64,000 nucleotides of DNA from Octopus bimaculoides. Lineage: Eukaryota. Of the stretch, positions 41,135-54,042 are shown in pieces. Position numbers and translations under genes: made by a program. The notes below the pieces were generated by a model. The model saw only the letters and a program-made list of their open reading frames with translations, did not search any database and was not told where the DNA came from. Within the stretch, counting starts at the first letter, position 1; the number at the start of each line of letters is the position of its first letter. The DNA lies in contig NC_068982.1 in assembly GCF_001194135.2 (NCBI RefSeq), positions 109,102,177-109,166,176 of the forward strand, in the 5' to 3' direction.

Positions 41135-41315
41135 TGTAGGGATAAGTCGATTAAATTGACGCCAGCACTCATCTGGTACTTATTTTATTGACCCAGAACA
41201 GATGAAAGGCAAAGACAACTCCAGCAGAATTTGAACTCAAGATGTAAAGATGGATGAAATGCTGCTAAGCATTTTTCCCAGTGTGCTAACAATTCTGCCA
41301 GCTTCCTGCCTTACT
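41135..41315 (-). mobile_element. tRNA-derived SINE family B
   Basis: Minus strand tggcagaattgttagc (A box) ... gagttcaaattc (B box) ... ctttgcctttcatc...aataagtaccag. Other copies at about 30933-31150(-), 46040-46150(+), 48425-48535(-) and 51715-51880(-). Confidence 0.7.
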
Positions 41316-41536
41316 TGCACTATGAATATTGATGTATGTCATATATAATACTCCAACAGCTGTATTTAATTTATCACTGTAACATTTGGCTAAGAATAGA
41401 CTTCTATGATAATTCTAGATATGTCTCTGCGCAAGAAACATATCTTTAATTGGTTTATATATAAAACTTTGCTGGGATTGTTCTTTACAATTTTCTGCAA
41501 CTGCAAAATGCACAAAAGACACACATGCACACATGC

Positions 41537-41575
<39 letters not shown>

Positions 41576-42259
41576 TTATTTTATTAAATGTGGGAAATAT
41601 ATTCATATATAAGGTTTTATGTATTTTATGAGGGAAATGTATTTTCTTTTGAAATGTTGTTCACTTGATGAATTATTTTTATTTATTCATTTATTTATTT
41701 TTTTTCATTTAATTAATGTAAAATATAAAAATAAATGTAGCTTATTTGGTATGGTATTATGCTTATGATCTAATTTCAGAAAAAAAAAATCTCTTTAATC
41801 AGATATTATTAGCATGTATTTGAGACAGATAGGGCAAACAGGTTCACTGATGGGACCTAACCCATTTAAATCATCTATCTATTACTCATTGGGCAACTAT
41901 GCTACTGATTGCGTTGCAGATAATGTGTAGTGAAACTAATAAGGCAGTTGTTTGATAAGTGATATGCATGGCTTGACTCATCAATGTACCTACTCATCTT
42001 TTCTGTCTCAAATTATTTGTTATTATGTTTAATATCATTGTACATTGAAAATATTAAAACAGTTACTTGAATATCTAAATGTCTGATAAAAAGAAATGAA
42101 GGATGAGATTGATAGTTTGAAAAATCTTAGAAATATTTGTAGCTTTATAGATCCAATAAAAATATTGAGTCTTATTTCCTGCTATTTTTGTTGAGCTTAT
42201 AGATCCATCTGTTTTTAATTGATGGTAATATTTTATGATTAAAGAATATCACGACTCAT

Positions 42260-42306
<47 letters not shown>

Positions 42307-44359
42307 NNNNNNNNNNGAAATAATCATAGAAGGTACAGTTTTTACCCCATAAAGACATAATTGGCAAAGGACTTCTTTTTTTTTTTTTCTGTGTGTGTAA
42401 GATTTTATCTTGTGGTCTGGAGCAATAATGATTTAGTAGTAAATATTAAATATTTTAGACTGCTGGTCATATCTTCCTTAAGCAGGGTGCCTAACATTTC
42501 TTGCTGCTGCTTAAAAAGTTTTTGTTTTTTCACCACCATAGACACACACTTTGGTGAAGAGGTACTTAACATTAAGTAGTTAATTTCTTTATAACCACCA
42601 AGTAAACAAATATAAAATATAAAATCTTGTCCTCCAACAAAATCTATTATTACTTATTTTGGTGTGGTTGTTGGGGAGTGGCAATATGTAAATGAGTAAG
42701 ACATCATTTTAGACACAAAACTATCAGATCATATCCTATCATTAGTGCTAAGCTGTGTTTTGGGCCAAGTAAATAAACAGTTCTGATGGCTGTAGAACCA
42801 TTAACAATTTTGTACATTTACCTTGTGGTTCTTTCATCCCCACCTTAACTTGTATAGTGCAATTTATACTTTGCTAACAAGGTTAGAATAATACCAAAAA
42901 ATGTATGTTCTTCCCTGAATTTGTTGGGTAAATGAGAGGCACATTATTCATTGACTAACTTTTTTTCTTCACCATGTATTTATTTTTTGTTAGCTTTTAA
43001 AATGCTCTTTGCATTAATAAGTTACCAGTGGCTTGTCTAAAACAAAAATTAGCTAGATGACAGTTCAATGATAGATCAGCAAACCCATATTTTGTGTGTA
43101 GTTTGATATTTTGCTGTTGTAACACAGAACTATTTTATAAAATCCTTTTTGGTTTTTTTTAAGTATATCTGTTTCTGTTGCTAACATAATATCTGTCAGA
43201 ATTTTAAGGGAAGAACCTGACAGTAATTTCTCAAATAAACAATGAAGTTCAAATTTTTTAGAGGAAGAGAAAACGAAAGTTGTGAATATGATACATTATT
43301 TTCAAGTCTAATAAGAAGGAAATAAAATAATTACAATTGTGATTCACTGATTCACCTTGCTGGGAGATATGCACATCCATAGAACAGAATGTTGCTACTT
43401 GTAATGATACTTTATGCAAACAAAAAGCTCTAATACTTATACAAACACTTCAAAATCAACAGTGGTGAATATGTTGATTTCTCATAAACCAATCGACACT
43501 ATCATTTATGGGTTTGGAAAGTTTGTACAACTGTTGGATACTTTTTTGTATAAATAAAATGTATAACACTACATTCAGATGCATTGAACTCTTTTTGTGT
43601 GTATTGTTTTAACCTAAGATTATCATTATATACTTGTAATTATAGAAAGTTGTTGTATGTATCTCTTTTTATGTGCCCATGTTGATAGGCACTGGTTGTC
43701 ATGGATTTCCTTGCCAAAGTCAATTTTCTTGAGAATGATATGACAATGGTTTCCCATTGCCTTCTGCCAGTTTATTTATAGTTTACTTTGTTAGTCTCTT
43801 GCTCTACCAAGCTTACCCTTGAGACATAGGGCTTATTTAAATCATAGGCAGGAATGGGGCACTAGTTCATGTGACATATGGGCTTGTTTACACACTGCAT
43901 GTTTGCAAAAAATATAAAAACTAAAAATCCATCAGTGAACAACATTATTGAATGGACAAAGCCTTTAACACATTTACTGTCAAATGCATGGAAACAAGAA
44001 ATATTACATGTAGAAAATTGCACTTAAACATTTTCTAAGTGTCATATGTTATAGTGATATCTTTGAAAGCCTGTTCATAACAAACAAGATTTATTATCTT
44101 TTGAAATGAATTCTTAGAGAATCTACTAAGTTTTATTAAATATATGACTTCATATCATTGACAATAAATTAATGATAAATTCTATCCATATCAAAGGTTT
44201 CATGCCTTTGGCAGTGCATTTGTTAAAATTAACTCTGTCCAATTTGTGACTGTTCTATCATTACTATGGTGCTAAAATACATTAAAAAAAATGGTTTATC
44301 TTTATTTATGCAATCTCTTTTCTCTTTTATTATGATTTGTTTTGGTTTTTGCTTGCCAG

Positions 44360-44458
44360 TTCATCCCCCCGATCTCGTCTTTGACCCCTCTAACTACTCT
44401 GATACCAATGGTGGCGGTACTTGCCATTACTGCATTAAAGGATTTGGTAGATGACGTT
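44360..44458 (+). CDS. ATP8B: TM2 exon, variant B: FIPPISSLTPLTTLIPMVAVLAITALKDLVDDV
   Basis: 99 nt, phase 0-0, tttggtttttgcttgccag acceptor, GTT|gtaagt donor; canonical KDxxDD end of TM2. Confidence 0.93.
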
Positions 44459-45401
44459 GTAAGTTTTGGTTCTTTCTACTATGGCCACAATGGGTCAGTA
44501 TGTGAATTATTAATGTACTGCATTGTTTACACACACATGCACACACACCATAATTTTTTTTATCATTGCTTTGATTCTGCTATATATGTTCCTATTTTAT
44601 TTTCTACTTTCCTTTTCCTTTCATTTTGCATTCTTTCTATCATAGTCTTCTACTTTCTTTCCCTATCTTTTATTATGTCTTTCTTCCTATCTTTTGCTTT
44701 CTCTTTCACTCTTGTATTCTCTCTGTTTACCTGTCTTTCCTCTTTTTTCCACTCTTTCTTGTTTCCAATCTGCCTTCTTCCTCTTCTTCTCCTTTCTCAC
44801 TCTTCTCTCTCTTTGTATCTTTTTATTTCTTTCTCACAGCTTCTCTCTTTTTTTCTTGTTTCTTTTTTCTTTTTGTTTTTGCATGCATCCTGTACTTTGT
44901 TCTCCTGAATCCCATGCATTTCCTCTTTTTTGGTATTTTACATTCCTTATTTTCTATCATCTCTCCCTCTATTTCTTCCCTCTTTGTTTTTATCTCCCCA
45001 CTCTCTTTATTTTACTGCACCTTCTTTCAATCTTCTACAATATTTTAACCACCACCACTAACTACCATGTACATAAACAGGTAAGTTTGGTTTTTTCTTT
45101 GTTCTACATAGATACAACTGCCTTACTGTAGTTATACAATTCTACAATCCTATGATCTGACTCCATATCTCCATATGGCTTTACTGATATTTTTGGCAAA
45201 ATTTATAGGAATTACCAAAATTCTGTTTTATATGATTCCTTCATAACATAGCACTGTTGCAAATTGGCTTGGTAAACAGTATACTTCCTGCATTTAGACT
45301 GTAAATTTGACACCTAAATCTCTGTTTTCTTAACATGGATGTCTTGTTAGACAAGAATTGCCTGTCTTGAGTGCTGTCTGTTACAATTTAGTATATACTT
45401 T

Positions 45402-45869
45402 TATGCACTGAATGTCTGTATGTGAGGAGCTTTCAAGACTGATAATGCAGTATTTGGTGTTCTAACACGACATCCATGTTAAGTTGGATATAAAGATTAA
45501 CTTCTGTTATTAATACTGCTTCCGTGGCTAATAATTAATTTTTAATAAGCCTGCTGGCTATTTGTGAAACCAGTGTCTGAAAAGATATTGATATTCTATA
45601 TATTGTAGCAGCGAGATTTTAACTGGCATGCAGTAATTGGATGCCTCTCACTGATGATTTTCAATAGAATGAAATTATGTGATATAGGAGTTCTAGTGCT
45701 CATGACAGCTGATTCTTGTCTGCTATCATCTATGCACTAAGGGCCTATATGGGAGGATCTCTCAAGGCTAATAATGCAGTAGTTGGTGTTCTAACAAGAC
45801 ATCCATGTTAAGTTGGATATAAATATTACATTTTGGTATTAATACTGATTTCATTGCTAATAATTAATT
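45402..45869 (+). repeat. Direct repeat (about 140 bp, period 329 bp) with a hammerhead relic in the spacer
   Basis: 45402-45540 resembles 45731-45869 (shared taatgcagtawttggtgttctaacamgacatccatgttaagttggatataaa...ctaataattaatt). Confidence 0.75.
45645..45690 (+). ncRNA. Degenerate type I hammerhead motif
   Basis: CUCUCA-CUGAUGA-UUUUC-AAUA-GAAU-GAAA-UUAUGUG-AUA-UAGGAG. Stem I pairs 5 of 6, stem II has 3 bp, and stem III is two C>T changes from the palindrome ATCACGTGAT. Confidence 0.45.
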
Positions 45870-48800
45870 ATTACATTAATTTTCTACTACATGGTATTTG
45901 GAGGGTGTCTATCCACAGAAATCATGCCAGAGCAGAGAGTAGAGCTTGGAGCAGTCTTCTGACTTACCAACTCCTGTTGAATCATCCAACACATGTCAGC
46001 ATGGAAAGTGGCAGTTAAATTATGATGATGATGATGATTATTAAAATGGCAGTGAATTGGTTAAGTTGAAGCATAGGACAAAATTCCTTGTAGTATTTGC
46101 TGGCTCTTCATGTTCTGAGTTCAAATACCACTAAAATCAACTTTGTTTTGTTATCCTCTTTGTGGTGCCAACATTGTTGGGGTTGCCTTGTCGCTTGTAA
46201 AGCAAAAGAGAGCACCTCACAGTGGAAAGGAATAAATTTATTATGAAGGGATGGTAATGAAATAAATAATAGGAGTAGTGTGTTGGGGGTGGGGGAGAAG
46301 AGACAAGAGAGGAGAAGGAAAAAATAATATCAGGGGTTAATGTAAAGGAGAGAGTGGAAGGGTAATGTGAAAGTAGGGGAGAAGTGGTGCATAAAAGAAA
46401 GATTAGATGAAAATGGGTAATAGGAGAGAATGGGAACAGTAAACGGAAAGATACTGTCAAAGGATTAGTGAAAGAGTCATTGATAAGGTGAGGAGAGATG
46501 AAGTTGGTTGAATAGGTGATACAGTGCTATCCCCAATTATATATGAGTGGATAGATTGGTGTGAAGGAGAGATACATGGGATGATGATGACGGGCAAGAG
46601 TATATTCTTAATGTAACATGCCCAAAAGAGCATGGTGACAGGGAGTTAGGGAGGGCAGGTAAAGGTTGTCACCATGTGATCTCCTCACCCACTCAAGTAT
46701 CTTGGTTTTGATTTGGGAGAAAGGAATGGGTAGTAAAATGTAGATGGTGGGAATATTCAATATGTACAAATCAAGTATTTTTCTCTCAGTTACGGGTGCC
46801 ATGGTACAGTGAGTTGAAGAGATGAGAGGTGGGGTACAGAATAGAAACAGCAAAGAATGGGGTGCATGCACAGGAGGTCTGATCTTTTGCAGCACTGTGT
46901 ATTACTAGTCATCATGGTCTTTATTATTGTCTTTGTCAGATATTATAACATCCTGAGATCATTTTTTACCACCTTATCCCAAATGTTTCTTGGTTTCCCT
47001 CTCACATGGGTACCACTTCACTTTGAATGCTCTGTACTTACTTAGGCAGCTGCTATCCTCCATTTTGCATCACATACCCCTAACCAATACAGTCTCCTTT
47101 CTTGCACCCTACAGCTGATTCTTTTTAAACCCAATTTGTTTCTCTATTCATTTATACATTGTTATTCACACACATCCAATGAAGCTTACTTACTTCATTT
47201 CTTTCAAGTCTTTACATATCCTCTACCCTCAAAGCTATGTTTCACTGCTGTGTGGCAGTGCACTTTGCACACAAGCATTATACAGCCTATCCTTAATCTT
47301 GAGAGATAAGCCCTTTGTCATTTTACTTCAATTTTAGTGAGTGATTTCACTTTTTAGATCAACAATAATGTATTCCTGCTGGATTTAAAAGGTGCTGATG
47401 AGATTTTACTCTATAATGGATAAAATATTTGATACCATACAATTATGAGCTGGATTTCTGCCATGGTTGTCAGAGATTTTTATTTACTTACTGATGATTA
47501 AAATAGCACCATTAGCATGCTGGAAATTCTATCTAGTTGATTGTGCATTTGAGGTCTCTGCTGGTGGTTATGATTGCTAGTTCCAAGAGGTATTACTACT
47601 CATCATCTTGCTAGGAACAATGTAGTAAAAATATATGAAATACTATATAGAGTTAAGCAGCAATAATGCAATTGATCAAAATGGAATCCAATTTTGCTGT
47701 GAAAAGGATTTGTGTGGGTAAATCAGCCATTTCATTTTACTGTATTTAATCAATTTTTGAGGATGAGAACTCCAGTCCAGTGGGCTTTGAACTGCAAAGA
47801 ACCAAATTAGACACTGTACCAAATCTAAGAAACTGATGATGATGATAATAATAAAAACATTGTAGTAGTAATGAGGATTTCTTACATAAAATTACTATTA
47901 AATATATTACTCACATTGGCAGAAAGCCACATATTTGTGACAGAAAAAGGTGTAGTTGTATACTACTATTATTTCTTATAAGGTTTCAGTTTCAGTATTT
48001 CAGTGAAGGTGAAGTTTGGGCATTAATATATTCCCCAAGTTAGTAATGCTGTACATTGAAGCAGTACTAATTAGGAAGCAAATTCATGTAGCAAACACAA
48101 CTTACGAACACCTTACTGCTGCATCACAGCTCTTACTTCAGTAATAAAATGACGGTGATATTGGTCATAATGATTCTAACATTGACTCAAGGCTGCACAT
48201 TATGAGAAAAGGGCAGCTGATAAATTAACACCAGTGTGTGAAGTAATTATTTATAGTAAGCAAAGTTTATTTTGACAGTATTTGAGCTCAGAAGATAAGT
48301 AATCTAACTAAATACCACTAGGAATCCTGTTGGTTCAGCCATTCTGTTGACTTATGATAATTATGATGCAAATAACAATGGTTTATAATTTGGACATGAG
48401 GGCAGCAATTTTAAGGGGAGAGGCTTAACTGATACCATTGACCACAGAACTTGACTGATACTTTATTTTATCAACCCTGGAGGGATGGAAACAAAGTTGA
48501 CCATGGTGGGGTTTGAAATTGAAGTGTAAAGAGTCAAGAATAAAAGAATAAAAAGTCAAAAGAAATGACCTCAGTAGTACTGGTACTATGAAAAAGCACC
48601 TGGTATATGGTTGTAAAGTGGTTGGCATTAGGAAGGGCATCTAACCTTAGAAACCATGCCATAGCAAACTTTGGAGCATGATGCAGTCTTTGGACTTGTT
48701 AGGTCTTGTCAACCATGGCTGCATGAAACATGGATGGTAAATGATGATGATGTTGATGATTAGAAATATTTTAGCTTGAAATTGATTTGCAAAATAAATA

Positions 48801-49377
48801 AACAGACATAACTGTCTATTTATTTATAATACTATATATTTATAAGTGGATGTAGGTTGGGGAGAGGAAGCAAAAAATAAAGACATCTGTTGAAAGTCTA
48901 TATAGTTTGTGAGTGAGGTAAATCTGAATTGATTGCTTGAATTTATATAGGTTCAGCTATTGTATTTCCTCTAGGTTTGTAACCAAAGTAGTAATGTTGC
49001 TAGGATATGAATCAGTCACTGTAAAATACATTTTATGTGTTTTAAGCTGTAGCTCTGGTTTTATAAAATCTAAGAAATAAAAGCCAAAGGAAGTTTTATA
49101 TTGTCATTACTATCCCTCCCCTAAAAATAAAAATGAAAATTCTTTTTTTCTAAATTAAGATTTTTCCAGTAAGTGATTTGAAAGTGTATAACTTTCTCAA
49201 ATATTCCTAAAAATATTTTTACATGACATCATTTATACTTACATACCTATCTTACATGCATGTATGTGTGTGTGTGTGTGTGTGCGTGTGTGTGTGTGTG
49301 AAATTTGTTTATTGATATATTCATATACGAATGTAGGTATGTATGAAGGATTTTTATTTATATACATTTTTTTTTAG

Positions 49378-49512
49378 CAACGCCATCGAAGTGACAACCA
49401 GGTTAATAATCGTATTTCCTTTGTGCTTCGTGATGGTCAAATGGTTGAAGAAAAATGGCACAAAGTTGTTGTTGGTGATATCATTCGAATGGAAAACAAC
49501 CAGTTTGTGGCA
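49378..49512 (+). CDS. ATP8B: P4-ATPase exon QRHRSDNQVNNRISFVLRDGQMVEEKWHKVVVGDIIRMENNQFVA (A domain)
   Basis: Poly-T-ag acceptor, GCA|gtaagc donor, 135 nt; RH.SD..VNNR and W..V.VGDI motifs. Confidence 0.97.
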
Positions 49513-52476
49513 GTAAGCATTAGTTTATTTTTTCACTTGCAACAAGATACCACTTTGTCCATTTTTTATGTGAATTTCTATGTAGTATGATGTAAATTTT
49601 AATCAATATGATTTGAGATAAAAAATCTACCTAAATAGCACTGTATACAATAAGTTTATTATGTTATTTGTTTTGTTCTAAATCATCTGATAAGAACAGT
49701 CAACATGGCATAATGATTAATGCTCTTCCTGCTGCATGTACAATCTATCTTTTAAGGTTAAGAGTAGGGATTGGTCAGTCTTTCTTGCAAGTGGACTGCC
49801 AGCAAGTTATGTAGTTGACACCTTAGGACTTTTATATTAAAAAGTTGTATAAAAACACAGCATGTACAGTAATATATTATGGGTACTGGAAGGCAGTTTT
49901 CTAATATATTATAGTATACATTTAAACATTTTTACATGCCATTTGTTTAAATAACTTACATTTAGGTTTATTTATTAATGGTGAATATAAAATGAAGTTA
50001 TATAGGTGTATTACCAAAGGAACTGCAATATATAACTGGAGTTTGGCAGAGAGCCTGCTGGTGCCTAAGAACCAACATCATCATTTGACCTGTTTTGTCC
50101 TCTACTTCTCCTTGTAGATAGAAAGGTGCTTTATAGATACTGGCAAGGAGGATATCAAGGTTTCTAGCACTGATTGGACTCATAAGCATTTTAGTTCAGT
50201 AAGCCAATGTCCTGGGATTCTTATGCTATCTTGAGCACATCCCTATGATTTGATGTGCCATTCAACATGCTAAGAATGGAAGAAAGGCTTAATTTGGTAA
50301 ATACATATGCAGGTATTACTCATGCACTGATTCACAAAGTATTGGATTTTTTTGCCTTCCATGACATATGAAAGGACTTTTAATGTGATTTGCCACTCAG
50401 AGATTCATTGAAAACTGTGAGGCATTGAAGATAGGCATCATGATTAGGTCTTCTATTTTACCAACTATGATATTGATAGTGAAAGGTAAAGGAAGCTACT
50501 TGAAGGTGACAAAAATCAGAAGACCCTTAATAACTGCTATGGTTGCTATAACAACTATGCAGCTACATCAATACAATGAATCAATATCAAGTTGTACCAT
50601 TGTTGTTTTCCACAGGTGAGTGAGAAAGAGCTACATAGGAATAAAAACTAAATAAAACCAATAGCCTAACTTATGAATGGTTCTAATGACAGGAGCATGA
50701 AGATCAATTTGATAGAAGTGTTTGTGTTCCTAAGCCATATTGTAATTTCAAAACAATATCTTGACCTAATGGCTTAATTTGACCTGATAAAAAAAAAAGA
50801 AATGTCTGGTTATTGAGTTGATGGTGCCTTGGGAAGTCAATAAGGAGTGGGCACATGAAAGGAAGGGTTTGAAATTTGGGTAACCTATGGAGTCATATGA
50901 GGTACAAAGACGGCAGTTTATGTCATTGCAGTGCAAGTTATATATGAAATGTGTACTATTGTTGTTAAATGAATTATCATTAAAAAGTGTATCTAGCAGT
51001 TTTACAATGAAAGTGCATTGGGATGTAATGAAAAAAATCAAAAAAAAAAAAACAGAAAAGTAAAACTGCTGGAAAAAGTGTTTCACTAGTCATGTAGAAT
51101 GTTTATTTCAAAACAAAACTTAAATTAAAAGGATACTAGGACACAGCTGTTGTCAGATGATACATAAGTCAGTGTTGATGTTGTAATGCTGCATGCATTC
51201 ATATGCTACTAGAATTAAATATATGAGGAATAACAATGTTAGTCAATAACTAATATTATTTCAGTTTCTTTCCTACAAGTGAAAGGGACAACACTGGATA
51301 TGTTTTGGTCTTATTCTGACCTCATCAGTAAAGCATAGCATTCATTATTGTATTGTTAATGTGAGTTCTCCATTGAGAGCATGTGGAATTATCTGTTAAT
51401 TGTTTTAATAAATTGACAATGAGCAAAATGCTCTCAAACAAAATTGTATTACTATTGCATCATTTTCACTTGAGTGAAAGATGTTCTGGGTTTCTAGGGC
51501 CCCTTTCAATCATAGCTGATTTTTTGCACCAGGAATGCTCCTTTCCAAGAAGCTGGCCTGTGAAAGATTTTTCTTGTGAAAGATTAGCAGTTGCACATGT
51601 ATGCGGTGCCCTCTCTTTTTATGCTTTTAATGATGTCCAAGGTCAAGGCAAGACCAATGCTGTTTAGTGCCATTGCAAGCAATGATGTGAGAAAATAAGG
51701 AACTGGAATGTACCATAAAGTATCCCATCTGATACTCCAGTGATTCCTTCAATCCATTACCCTTCTTTTTTATTGAGCCTGAAAGCTTGAAAGGCAAAGT
51801 TGGACTTGAAGTGATTTGAACTCAGAGCAAAGAGAATTGGGACAAATACTGTGAAGCATTTCTTCTATCTGATGCCTTAGCAACTTAGTTAAATTGTTGT
51901 TTGTCTTGTAATTTGTCTTGTAATTTGTCTTCTAAGTGCTTGTCTTAAAAATATGTATTATCAAAAATGGGGTGGTTTTGTGTGTTTAAGGTGATGCATG
52001 ACAGAGATACTCATCTACAACTACCAGGTGATGTCAAGACAAGGAGATAAAACATAGTGTAGTGTTATTAATATCTAACGTTGAGAATACTGAATTATTT
52101 TTTTTTGATGTTAATGAAGATTTTAATATCCAGGACATCTTGGCTTTACAAACTTTAAAAGCACTAGATTAATAATGGGTGAGTGCTTCAATGTGCTATA
52201 GTTATATAGTTTGTAACGTAGCCCATTGTATTTTTACAAAACTACACCAAAAATCCATTTCAAAAAAGCAATACTAATTTCCCTTTAATAATATTTCTAA
52301 CTATTTACTGTTTTAACAAGCTTATATATTGCTAATTACTACCTATTATTAGCCTTGTATCCTTATAGTTATATTACATATACTCCTCTTGAATATTTAA
52401 CACAGTGATTAACTAAAATGAGACACGGATTGTTTCTAGGTATGAGTAATAGTTATTTTACTATTTCTTTGAACAG

Positions 52477-52547
52477 GCTGATCTTTATCTATTGTCTACG
52501 AGTGAACCAAACAGTTTATGCTATATTGAAACTGCTGAGCTTGATGG
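52477..52547 (+). CDS. ATP8B: P4-ATPase exon [23 protein letters not shown](G)
   Basis: tttctttgaacag acceptor, GG|gtgagt donor, 71 nt, phase 0->2. Confidence 0.97.
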
Positions 52548-52984
52548 GTGAGTATTGGGTTCTGTTTTTGTTCTTTTTCTTATAACATCTTTTCTATGTC
52601 GTATAATTTTTCGTATTTGATTTGTCTAGCATTAATTGAAGACAAAGTTAGTAGAGGCATGAATGTGATGAAATAGTTTACAAAACAATCTTCTTTTTAC
52701 TTTTTGGCAATTTAAACAAACATGTGTTTCAATAAAGATTTTCATTTGTTGAGAACAATCCTATCAGTTTCCTTCTACTTCACCTGAGCAGTACCACTGC
52801 CATATTTTTATGGATGTTTGTCAAATCCCTGGTCTGTAAATTCAGTATAAAGTACCTCAATTGAAACTGATCTTTCTCTGATTGGAAGAGAATAGTTCTC
52901 AAATCACAAATTGCAAGTGCATATCTATATCTCCATGCAGAAAAATCCAACCCCTTGTGTGCACGCGCGCAAACACATACACAC

Positions 52985-53225
52985 ATAAGTTATAGGGATG
53001 TAAACACATCAACACCAGTTGTCAAGTGGTGGTGGGAGACAAATACAGATACAAAGACAAGCACACACATATATATACACACAAGCTTCATTCAGTTTCC
53101 ACTCACAAGGCTTTGGTTGGCCTAAAGCTATAGTAGAAGGCACTTGCTCAAAGTATCATGCAGTGGGGCTGAAACTTGAACCATGTGGATGGGAAACAAA
53201 CTTCTTACCACACAGCCACACCATT
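52985..53225 (-). mobile_element. SINE family A head / related SINE
   Basis: cactcacaaggctttggttggcc...ctatagtagaaggcacttg...aaacttcttaccacacagcc. Confidence 0.65.
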
Positions 53226-53342
53226 TTATATATATATATATATATATCGTCGTCGTCGTCATGAGCCTGGTGTTGCCATCCGGTTTCACCAGTCCTCAGT
53301 CAAATCGTCCNNNNNNNNNNTCTGTCTATCTGTTGATATATA

Positions 53343-53378
<36 letters not shown>

Positions 53379-53485
53379 TGTATATATATGTATATGTATC
53401 TGTATCATCTCGATTTGTCTATTTTTTAAGCTGTTATGATTTGGATCATTTGACATAATCCAGTAAACCACAAGGCTGCTCTGAG

Positions 53486-53527
<42 letters not shown>

Positions 53528-53958
53528 AAATTTGTAATGTGCAAGAGAGAATACTGCACTGATATGACCATGTGATGTATGTGTGCACATGTGTGTGTAC
53601 AGATATATATGTATAGACATACAACATTATTGAAAAACAGAATTCTCTAAACAAAAATCACCCATAAATAACATGCAACAATACTAATCAGTTAAAAGTC
53701 ATAGGCCCAAACTTTGTAGTTGACATTGTCCTTAATTGCTGCAATTGCCTCAATTAACTGACTGAACATTTGTGACTGTGCATATGTCAGGTCAAATGGT
53801 ATATAAACCCCAACATCCATCTTATATGATTTCTAACATATGTAATAGGTCACAAATTTTTTCGAGAGAATGCAATTGATTATATCAGTCTTAGTATTTG
53901 CCTGATAGTTTTTTTTAACGTTTATTTTACATTTATTTAAAATACTTTACTTATATTC

Positions 53959-54006
<48 letters not shown>

Positions 54007-54042
54007 TTATATATATATGTATGTATATATGTATGTATACAT

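Noticed and set aside
44342-45131. 140-188 aa hydrophobic ORFs
   Set aside because: Only the 99-nt exon B is real; the rest is translation of a pyrimidine-rich intron.
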